Position numbers and translations under genes: made by a program. A stretch of 64,000 nucleotides of DNA from an uncultured Planctomycetota bacterium (GTDB lineage Bacteria > Planctomycetota > Planctomycetia > Pirellulales > Lacipirellulaceae), in contig CAVRBU010000013.1 in assembly GCA_963719315.1 (NCBI GenBank), positions 1-64,000 on the forward strand. Direction: 5' to 3'. The notes under the pieces were generated by a model. It worked only from the letters and a program-made list of their open reading frames with translations, made no database searches and was not told the DNA's origin. This document shows positions 1 through 7,924 of this stretch, piece by piece (position 1 is the first letter of the stretch; every line of letters begins with the position of its first letter).

Positions 1-3
1 TGG

Positions 4-207
4 CTACTTTCGCCTTCTGCTGCGATTGATTTTCTCTCCGCATTGCGCACAGCGCCGCTGAAACAAATCGCTCGTGGCACAAACGAGTTTGGCGCCGCAC
101 TTACAGAATACATCGACGACATGCTTGTGAGCGAACTTGCCACGGCCACGTCGCAGGTTCGACAGTTTGATCGTGCGATACTTCTCTTTGAGTTCTCGCT
201 CGTCCAT
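4..207 (-). CDS. small Cys-rich (CxC...CxxC) putative zinc-ribbon protein, island cargo
   Basis: 67-aa ORF with FCKCG...RCAQCGE; GGAG upstream. Confidence 0.4.
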   Translation of the reverse strand: MDERELKEKYRTIKLSNLRRGRGKFAHKHVVDVFCKCGAKLVCATSDLFQRRCAQCGEKINRSRRRK

Positions 208-433
208 TTTCGCTCCAGGTTCTAGTGGGGTTGACTAACGTGATCCGATGATCGATCACCTAACCACAATTGGAATTTGGAGAACCTTGCCGCACAATTC
301 CTCCACCCATCGAAAGTTGGCAACTCCCACTGGAGCCCCCCGAGACTGCCTCTCTGGGGCAACTCGCGTAGGCGCTCCGAAGCTTCTCCGTGACACGGGA
401 GGGCATGCTCCGCGCGAACGACCCGGAAGGCGA

Positions 434-775
434 CTAGCGGCAGAAATGCAGAAGGCGTAGCCGAAGGAAAAACGTCCGAGGTACTCCCCGAGCGGTGCTG
501 GCTATGTACGCCGCCAGACTGGAGCAGCCACGTAAGCCCTTCCAATGGCCAGCAAGTGACAAGTCGATGCAGGGAAACGACGCGGTAGTGAGAAAGGGAC
601 GACCTGGAATTCTAGCGATGACTCGGTCGGTCTCCCAAACGTCACCTTCATCATAGACATCTGCGTCGGCGTAATTCCGAAGATAAATCTCCCGCTTCTT
701 CGGATCGATGTTGTTAGCGTACGCGCAGGTCCATTGACTCTTGCTTAGGGCTTCGCCGACCAAGCCAATGTTTGG
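434..775 (-). pseudogene. DNA cytosine-5 methyltransferase fragment
   Basis: IGLV...ANNIDPKK and catalytic motif IV ASFPCIDLSLAG; motif I FxG is truncated and homology is lost after motif IV. Confidence 0.75.
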
Positions 776-811
776 TAGCGGCAAACCGGTAATCGTTGAC
801 GAAGTCGATCA

Positions 812-928
812 AGAGATAGCAGCGGCGTTTCCCAGTCGATCGTCAATCGATTCGTGAGCGGCGAACGGGGCATCAGTTTGGAGACGGCCGCGAAGATCGC
901 TGCGTATCTGAAACTCGACCTACGTTGA
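812..928 (+). pseudogene. XRE-family helix-turn-helix protein remnant
   Basis: Hand translation RDSSGVSQSIVNRFVSGERGISLETAAKIAAYLKLDLR*; in-frame TGA at 797 and no start codon before the HTH. Confidence 0.65.
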
Positions 929-993
929 CGGGGGGAGGGTCAAATCTTCAACTTGAAACGAGCTTTCTGACCGTCATTATCTACTATCCCTTC

Positions 994-1142
994 TCACTGG
1001 CGACGGTCGATTCTGGTGGGGTCTGACGCGGTGCATGCTGATAGACGTTCGCATCATCGGCGTTGAAGCCGACGGGCTCTTCATTCAACCAGCGGCCAAG
1101 CGTTGGATCGTAATGGCGAATCGGGTTGAATTGCAGGTCCAT
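994..1142 (-). pseudogene. degenerate Rhs-associated core remnant
   Basis: Hand translation MDLQFNPIRHYDPTLGRWLNEEPVGFNADDANVYQH resembles the Rhs core (R.YDP..GRWL.EDP.GF..D.N.Y). Confidence 0.7.
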
Positions 1143-1301
1143 TGCATCGCCTTGACGATATCGTCGCCGAACAACTCACGGTTGATGCTGACCATACGAT
1201 TGCTCCATGCGTATTGGAGATTCAACTGCTGCAAAGTCGCTCAATCTCAGCGCTCACGCTCGGTTGAGGTTTTCTACAGAGCCTTCCTGAGTATCTTTTA
1301 A

Positions 1302-1541
1302 TCACAGGGACTCGTCGGCAACCAGTATTTCTTCGCCGTCCCGAATCTCATAAATGCAGCGAACGATGGTGCCTGGAGGAAACTGCCAATCTTCATCATC
1401 TAATTCGTAACTTGGCGTCGGCATCAGACGGTACAGGTCGCCTCCTAAAGGTATTCCTGTCGTGGGCCGAAAGACGTTAGTTCCCTCGTCCATCAAACGG
1501 ACATAAACTGGCCTAGTATATGAATCCCGGTCCACCGACAT
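1302..1541 (-). CDS. putative immunity protein for the upstream Rhs toxin
   Basis: 79-aa acidic ORF; ATG at 1541 preceded by AGGAG; overlaps the toxin 3' end by 29 nt; low GC. Confidence 0.7.
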   Translation of the reverse strand: MSVDRDSYTRPVYVRLMDEGTNVFRPTTGIPLGGDLYRLMPTPSYELDDEDWQFPPGTIVRCIYEIRDGEEILVADESL

Positions 1542-2530
1542 GGATAATCTCTCCTGTTTGAGCGTCAATTACTACCGACTGCCCCGTGGTAGGATTTATG
1601 TAACGGATAGCAGGATTAGTCGGGTTAACATTGTTCGTTGCAGGACAACTTCGACCATGGGATAAAGCTTCGTCTATCTGCTCCGGAGTCCATCCCCGTT
1701 GCCGCATTTGATTCGCCCATTTCTGAGCCGTTTTGTTTCCACCAAGTCGCCAGTTTCTTTGGGCTCCTTGCGAATCGCCACCAATTAGTTGTTTAAATCC
1801 GTAGTATAGCGCACAAGGGACTTCGGCCGCCGCAGCCGCTAAAGCATCCCCCGGTCCGACTACAGACTGAATAGGTCTGTCGTCGAAGCCGTAGCCTGGA
1901 AAAGTGGGCGGCGGTGTTGGTGGCTTCGGCCGATCCGCTATTTTGGCGTTCGGCGGTTGGCCCCAATTCTTGTGCCAGCCCGGCCTCGGAGGCATCGGGT
2001 GAACCGGATAAACCAGCCCGTTCGGATCAATATACCCAGTCGGCTGATTCCCCACATACCGATACAAATTCGCATCACCGCCAGCAAAGCTGATCGGGTC
2101 TTCGCTCAGCCAGCGGCCAATCTGTGGATCATACCACCGGTTGAGGTTGTTCTGCAAACCCGTGGCTTTATCGAACCAGCGGCCGGTGAAGGCGAAGGCC
2201 TCGTCGACGTAGCCGGTCTGGCCGGCGGTACACCGCCGAGCCGCCCGTATCGTAGTGCGTTTCGTCGACGATGTTGCCGAAGCCATCGAACCTCCGATGC
2301 ACGCGCAATTCGCCATTGGAATCGACCACATCGCCCACGCTCCCCAGGTGATCGGCCAGCGCCGACAGCACTTCGCCGTCGGCCTCTTCGTCGCTCCAAT
2401 CGACCTGCTCGTCCGCGAAGAGCTGGTCCACCGCCTGCGGGTTCCACAGGTAACGATGCGATAGGTCGGTCGCGGCCAGATTGCCATAGCCGGTCGTATC
2501 GAACTGGAGCACGGCCTGCCCGTTATCGTA
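1513..2530 (-). pseudogene. orphan Rhs core fragment with colicin E5-like ribonuclease C-terminal toxin
   Basis: Core FTGRWFDKATGLQNNLNRWYDPQIGRWLSEDP...DPNGL; tip QMRQRGWTPEQIDEA...NPAIRY...SVVIDAQTGEIIHV; 5' truncated and frameshifted near 2230. Confidence 0.8.
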
Positions 2531-2534
2531 AGGG

Positions 2535-2585
2535 AGAAAAGGGGTCAGAACTATTTATAGCGATAATAGTTCTGACCCCTTTTCT
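2535..2585. repeat. perfect 21-bp inverted repeat (REP-like hairpin)
   Basis: AGAAAAGGGGTCAGAACTATT-N9-AATAGTTCTGACCCCTTTTCT. Confidence 0.9.
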
Positions 2586-2716
2586 GACCCCTACAGAGCC
2601 GTTCGCGTCCCTTTTCCCCTTCTCTCGCGGCTTCGACGGTGAGTCCCCCCCTCGGCAACCTCGGGGCCTGAGCTTGTCGAAGGCAGCCGAAAGGAGCGAT
2701 GAATTTCTGATCCCTT

Positions 2717-3106
2717 TTACTCTACTACTAATTGATAAACAACATCGGGGTTCTCAGCAGAAAGAGTTTCTATTTGCAGCGTGACGATTTCTCCTGTCCT
2801 CTGGTCGCGTGCAGAATAGAGGGTACTTGTCGCCCGCGCTCTTACGGGTTCAAGCAGGACGTAATAATCTAAAATAAAGCCCCTAAATTTTCCTAACGAC
2901 AACTTTTCGCACTGCCACCGCGTTAAGGTTCCCTGCGAGACGAGAAATTCTTTCAATGCCGTGACTGCGTCCCGCGCATTTGCGTTGTAAATGAGCGTCG
3001 CTTTGAAGAGTGCGACCGATTCGCGTAGTCTAATATCATCGATTAAGTTGCTTGCCCGAAGCGTTGCCAAAAATGGTTCAAGATAATCGTTTTCCATTAC
3101 CGTCAC
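2717..3106 (-). CDS. putative Rhs immunity protein resembling the N-terminus of planctomycete Ser/Thr kinases
   Basis: Directly downstream of Rhs cassette 2; LVSQGTLTRWQCEKLSLGKFRGFILDYYVLLE...LYSARD..TGEIVTLQ. Confidence 0.6.
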   Translation of the reverse strand: MTVMENDYLEPFLATLRASNLIDDIRLRESVALFKATLIYNANARDAVTALKEFLVSQGTLTRWQCEKLSLGKFRGFILDYYVLLEPVRARATSTLYSARDQRTGEIVTLQIETLSAENPDVVYQLVVE

Positions 3107-4090
3107 GGACCTTCTCGTTGGGCTTCATTTGTCCACTTCATGCTTCGCGTCCAAGAAAAACTCATCGAGTATAGGAAATCTTTGAGCAATTCTTGGAACT
3201 CAAAACAGATCGAACGGAATAAGTTCTGAGAAAATATTCTCTGGATCGTCAAATGCATGATACAACGGCGGTGAACTTGGAGGACACGGTTCCAGAGGGG
3301 CGGGGTTGTAAGGATATTCCGAGAGAACGTGTGTCCTATCATAAAACGGATTATAACCCGGTGGAAAAACGTCTGGGGCGGGAGTATATCCTGGCGGCAT
3401 CGGTACGCCGCCAGGCGTATTTCCGGTTCCAGGATCAATAACTGCAATTGGAACTAGGGGTTGAGAACCGGGCGCAACCAGTCCTGACCCGCTCCCAGGC
3501 GGCGAAATCCGCGGTGAATTGTGGCACAGCCCCGGAATCCACCAAAACCCCCAAAACACGGCGGCTGGTGACGGCGGGTCATAAACAGGTTCAGAACCCC
3601 AACTGCCACCGGCTCCATGTCCACCGGATTGTCCACCACCGAAACCACCGCTGCCCGGACCACCATAGCCACGTCCACCAGGTACCGGGTCGAGCCCACT
3701 TGGATCAATGTACCCAGTCGGCTGATTCCCCACATACCGATACAAATTCGCGTCACCTCCAGCAAAGCCAATCGGGTCTTCGCTCAGCCAGCGGCCAATC
3801 TGTGGATCATACCACCGGTTGAGGTTGTTCTGCAAACCCGTGGCTTTATCGAACCAGCGGCCGGTGAAGGCGAAGGCCTCGTCGATGTAGCCGGTTTGGC
3901 CGCCTGAAGACGCTGGTGCCGCTGGTGTTGTAGTGCGTCTCGCCAACGACGTTGCCGAAGCGAATCGAATTGGCGATGGAGCGCGCAAATCGCCATTGGA
4001 ATCGACCACATCGCCCACGCTCCCCAGGTGATCGGTCAGCGCCCACAGCACTTCGCCGTCGGCCTCTTCGTTGCTCCAATCGACCTGCTC
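3103..4090 (-). pseudogene. orphan Rhs core fragment with Gly/Pro-rich C-terminal domain of unknown activity
   Basis: Core nearly identical to 2024-2410 and ends in DPSGL; main frame stops at 3200, another frame runs to 3103 and overlaps the next gene (GTGA). Confidence 0.75.
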
Positions 4091-4197
4091 TTGGTTGCGG
4101 TCGCTCTTTGTCTTTCAGAATCAGATCGCCCAATCGCCCGATGGTGTACTCCCTCGCGGAACAACCTGCGGCGTAGAATCCCCTTACGAGGTTTCAA

Positions 4198-4857
4198 ATG
4201 TGGCTAGAACTCAATCACTCCTATTCCTTGATCCGCGACGAGCCGGAAGATTGTGTGGTCCGTTGGCGGGCTGACCTTGTCGCGACCGTTGATTACGACC
4301 GGCATGATCCTGGTCAGCCAGAGGAGTTTGTTGTCGGTCGAATCTTGGCAGATGAGATTCGTCGGTACGAGATCGAAGAATGGGGTGAAAGCGCGTGGGA
4401 TGTCGCTGATGCGGATAGTTCGGGTTTAGAAAGTGCGTACGCAGGACTTCTACACGAGGAGGGCAAATTCTGCAGTGACCTATTCGATTCGCTCGCTGAC
4501 CCAATCGTCTATCTATACCGCTTTGAATTGCACGCGGACTTCGCTGCCTGGCGGATGCCCTTGCTGGATGCGTTTTGCCGGCAGTTCGGTGGTGACGCCA
4601 TCATTTTGGCTCAATACCATACGACCTGGTTGTCGGTAGCCGAATTCAAGCACGTTGGGTTCAAGTTACTGGAACCTTCAAAGGCACCGACCCAAGGCAC
4701 AGGCGCTCGCAATGATCGGGACGTTCGTTTCATGGTCCGTGACAATACAAATAAAACGCCAATATCGGTCAACGACTACCCCACGGACTGCCCACCGGCG
4801 AGCGCGGAACACGAACGGTGGGTCGAATCGAAGGGGCCGTGGAAAGGATTGATGTGA
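4198..4857 (+). CDS. hypothetical acidic protein (island cargo)
   Basis: 219-aa ORF with GAGG upstream and protein-like composition. Confidence 0.7.
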   Translation: MWLELNHSYSLIRDEPEDCVVRWRADLVATVDYDRHDPGQPEEFVVGRILADEIRRYEIEEWGESAWDVADADSSGLESAYAGLLHEEGKFCSDLFDSLADPIVYLYRFELHADFAAWRMPLLDAFCRQFGGDAIILAQYHTTWLSVAEFKHVGFKLLEPSKAPTQGTGARNDRDVRFMVRDNTNKTPISVNDYPTDCPPASAEHERWVESKGPWKGLM

Positions 4858-5100
4858 TTCGGCCCGGCAGTCGATCGAAGCAGAGTTGCGAACGCCTGGT
4901 GTCCGTCCAACTCCGCCCTCGCAACTTAGATAATGCACTTCCACGCTAAGCGTGTGAATTGCGTCTTCGGCCCCGCAAACCGCCTGCATCGGCGGATCGT
5001 CCTGCAGGAATCCACGGTAGTTCATTCGCCGCTTGAGTCGCCCAAGATAGAAAAGCATCGGCCGCAGATTGCTCCTGAGCGCTCCATATCTCCCCGAAGG
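4678..5100 (-). CDS. small hypothetical protein, possibly degenerate; boundaries uncertain
   Basis: Protein-like segment LRPMLFYLGRLKRRMNYRGFLQDDP...HTLSVEVHYLSCEGGVGR. Confidence 0.35.
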   Translation of the reverse strand, partial: PSGRYGALRSNLRPMLFYLGRLKRRMNYRGFLQDDPPMQAVCGAEDAIHTLSVEVHYLSCEGGVGRTPGVRNSASIDCRAESHQSFPRPLRFDPPFVFRARRWAVRGVVVDRYWRFICIVTDHETNVPIIASACALGRCL

Positions 5101-5328
5101 GACTTTCACGCGCGAAAAACGAATTTCGCGTTTGGGACTGCACGGACAGTGTTTCCTCCTTGCCAGCACGTGTTGGCCATAGTTACCCCCCATACCATAT
5201 ATCTGGCGCAGTGCGCCGCGAGCGCCTGTACTCCCCCACTGTGGGATAGAGTCGAAAGCGGAATCCATCGCCTGTTCACGTGGCAGTTTTCACTTTCCCT
5301 GGGTCAGCCGAGCGGGGTTCGTCGTTGG

Positions 5329-6693
5329 TCATGCCGTAGCTTTGGGAGCCGGTAACACGATCTGGTTGATGGCGGTCGCTTTCTGTCCCAAACGAACGCG
5401 GTCGTATACCTTGGCAGTTAAAGTTGGCGAACTGTGGCGGGCCATAGAACAGGCTTGGCTCAAATCAACAATACGGCAGATTGCAGCAACGAACCCGACA
5501 CGCAAGCCGTGAAAATCACACGTCCCCTCGAACTCGTCGCAGTAGGGGATGCCGGCTGTCTCACAATCCCGCTTCATCATATAGTTGGTCCGTCGCAATC
5601 GGCCGGCAGCAGTATACAAGTCGAACACCTTATCGGCCGGCTTGCGTGTGGTGACGTGAACACGTAGGCGAGCAGCTACCGAGTCGTGCAGTGGAATTGG
5701 TCCGTCATTCCGCTTCGCTTTGGTGGACCATCCAGGCGGGTCAACATAGGGTGGGTCTGATGCGAGCGAAAGGTTGCCGACTTGAAGTTTGGCTAGTTCG
5801 GATTTTCGCAATCCTGAGCTAATCGCGGTCAGGTAAAGTAGGCTACGCTGTTCTCCATCCACGCCATCGAGTGTGCCGGATTTCTCGGCAGCCAAGAGTA
5901 GTGCAGCGAACTCGTCGGCGGTTAAGTCTCGCCGCTTCCGCTTACCTTTCGGGTCGGCTTCTACATTTAGCATCTGCACAGTTTGGAACGGGTCTTTGGC
6001 TATCCGGTCTTCCCGCAATAAGTACCGCACGAACGCCCGCAGCGATTTGAGGTATCCGTTGCGGTTGTTGTAGGAATGGCCGCCCCGAATCAACTTCGCC
6101 AGATGCGTGTTGAGGCGAGTGGGGTCGAGATCGTCCGTCGTGCGGAATCCGCAAGGGATGCACACTCGGCGAATCGACCTAATCGTCTCCTCGATGTGCT
6201 GCACACACCGCCCGCCCGCTTCCAGTGACGTGCGGTAATCCTGCAAGTGCGACCCCTCGATAGCTTTCGCTACGTCCGCCCGCATCAAGTCAGCACCCCA
6301 CACAACTACCCGGCCGTTGCGGTCATACTCGCAGGCCCGCTTCTGGAGTTGCGTCATAGTGCCGATAAGCGGGCGATTGCGATGTCCGGCAAAGGGGTCG
6401 AGGAGTCCAGCTTTATGATGATCGGCGTGGAGTTGGTGCTTCGCCGCGAGTTGCCTAGCTGCACTTATATCGGAGACGCCGAGACTTACGCGGCGAGCCT
6501 TGCCGTCTCGGCGAATGAGCGCGTAGTAAACTTCGGTGCGTACCGTCACTTTGCCATTCGGCATGACGCGACCCTCGACTTGGCGGTCGCTCTTGGTTAG
6601 TCGGAAGCGGGCCATGCGTACTCCCTTCTTGGTGAAGTAGTGGGCGTCTGCCGGTGGAGTCGTCTGGTAGCTCGGTCGGAACACGTCGGCCAT
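5329..6693 (-). CDS. tyrosine recombinase / phage-type integrase
   Basis: Catalytic set GLRKSE (R), TKAK (K), FHGLR (HxxR), ARHS (H), KVYD (Y); AGGAG RBS; next to the tRNA 3' end. Confidence 0.95.
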   Translation of the reverse strand: MADVFRPSYQTTPPADAHYFTKKGVRMARFRLTKSDRQVEGRVMPNGKVTVRTEVYYALIRRDGKARRVSLGVSDISAARQLAAKHQLHADHHKAGLLDPFAGHRNRPLIGTMTQLQKRACEYDRNGRVVVWGADLMRADVAKAIEGSHLQDYRTSLEAGGRCVQHIEETIRSIRRVCIPCGFRTTDDLDPTRLNTHLAKLIRGGHSYNNRNGYLKSLRAFVRYLLREDRIAKDPFQTVQMLNVEADPKGKRKRRDLTADEFAALLLAAEKSGTLDGVDGEQRSLLYLTAISSGLRKSELAKLQVGNLSLASDPPYVDPPGWSTKAKRNDGPIPLHDSVAARLRVHVTTRKPADKVFDLYTAAGRLRRTNYMMKRDCETAGIPYCDEFEGTCDFHGLRVGFVAAICRIVDLSQACSMARHSSPTLTAKVYDRVRLGQKATAINQIVLPAPKATA

Positions 6694-7130
6694 GTCTTGT
6701 CTCCTTGTGTGCGAGGTCCAAAAAACCCGCGATTGGAATACAAGGAGTCCGTCGCTACAAGGATTCCCCTATCGGAAGGGCGGACAGCCGGGCGGGCGGT
6801 CCGTCCAAAAAAGACGGCCCGACCGTACCGAAAGGCTGTCCAAGAAGGCCGACCGGAGAGAGGGCAGAGAGGAGAGAGGACCGGCAGCCTCTCTCTGCCC
6901 TCTCCTCTGCCTTCTCTCTGCACAGAGCAGGACAGCCGGCTTTCCGGACCTCCGAGAAAGAGAAGGCCAGAAGAAGGCAAAGGAAAAGCGCGGAAGAGCA
7001 AGACAGGACGACGGGTCGTGTGCCAGAGTAGGGCGGGGCGGGCGAGAAGCCGGCCAAAGGAAAAGAGCCTTCCCGCATGCCACGGGAAGGCTCGGACTAC
7101 AAGTGCAGTACAAGTGTACGTCTATACAGA

Positions 7131-7215
7131 TGGCCGAGGCGGGAGTCGAACCCGCACGGGGGTTACCCCCCAACGGATTTTAAGTCCGTAGCGTCTGCCA
7201 TTCCGCCACTCGGCC
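7131..7215 (-). tRNA. tRNA-Leu(UAA), CCA end not encoded
   Basis: Acceptor GGCCGAG/CTCGGCC-A, anticodon arm ACGGA-CTTAAAA-TCCGT, long variable arm, T-arm GCGGG-TTCGACT-CCCGC. Confidence 0.97.
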
Positions 7216-7296
7216 GGCGGGAGTCGCGAGATCGGGCTCAGCGTGTGAGCGCTTGGCTCTTGACCCTTTGCTCGCGGCTACCCTATCGTCCTTGCT

Positions 7297-7791
7297 ATGA
7301 GTAAGTCTGGCTACCCCGGCATCGATGGTTTTTTGGGCACGCGAGCGCCACTGATTCTCGACGTGTTGTGCCTGGCCATGCTTGGCGTAGTGATTGTGTT
7401 GGCTTGGAGCGTCTATCAAGTCAAAGTGCGGCGGCGGTTTCGGCTTCATAAATGGATTCAGGTTGCGCTCGGCGTAATTCTATTGGCCGTTGTCATTCTG
7501 TTCGAAGTCGATATTCGGCTGCACGGATGGGAGGATCGGGCGGCCGGACGGCTTGGCGGCCACGCGCCAGCGCAAGCGGTTACCGCGCTCTACGTGCACC
7601 TTGTCTTCGCGGTATCCACGGTGATCCTCTGGCCGACGACGATCATCCTGGCGCTTCGCAACTTCTCCAATCCGCCGCTGGCGGGACCGCACAGCCGCGT
7701 GCATGTGCCGCTCGCGCGCGTTGCAGCAATGGACATGCTGCTCACTGCGATCACGGGTTGGGTTTTCTACTGGGTGGCGTTTGTGAAATAG
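7297..7791 (+). CDS. DUF420-family membrane protein
   Basis: 4 hydrophobic segments with conserved His (LHKWIQ, YVHL, RVH); ends TGWVFYWVAFV. Confidence 0.8.
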   Translation: MSKSGYPGIDGFLGTRAPLILDVLCLAMLGVVIVLAWSVYQVKVRRRFRLHKWIQVALGVILLAVVILFEVDIRLHGWEDRAAGRLGGHAPAQAVTALYVHLVFAVSTVILWPTTIILALRNFSNPPLAGPHSRVHVPLARVAAMDMLLTAITGWVFYWVAFVK

Positions 7792-7805
7792 ATGCCCATG
7801 CTCCT

Positions 7806-7886
7806 GTTCGGCTCGGGTCTCCCGACCCAGCCGATTTTGTGACTGCGAGTCTCCAAAAGTGCGGGGTCGGGGAGACCCGCGCACAA
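7806..7886. repeat. REP-like inverted repeat between convergent genes
   Basis: CGGGTCTCCCGACCC (7814-7828) / GGGTCGGGAGACCCG (7864-7878). Confidence 0.85.
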
Positions 7887-7924
7887 CCAAAATTCGTGTC
7901 TTGGAGTGACGCGGCCACGTCGTG

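Larger units (their letters stand above)
1..7131. mobile_element. right part of a genomic island integrated at tRNA-Leu
   Basis: Integrase beside the tRNA 3' end, low-GC toxin/immunity cargo, pseudogenes; the other att site is not in the window. Confidence 0.8.

Noticed and set aside
434..784. Functional restriction-modification system
   Set aside because: The methyltransferase lacks motif I and its C-terminal half, and no cognate nuclease is visible.
2024..4090. Rhs core duplicates as DGR repeats or IS ends
   Set aside because: Explained by ordinary Rhs cassette homology ending at DPxG.
1..7130. Second att site (duplicate of the tRNA 3' end)
   Set aside because: Not seen by eye; the island probably extends beyond the left edge.
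6597..7191. Protein-coding genes between integrase and tRNA
   Set aside because: Low-complexity translations in all frames, some overlapping the tRNA or the integrase.
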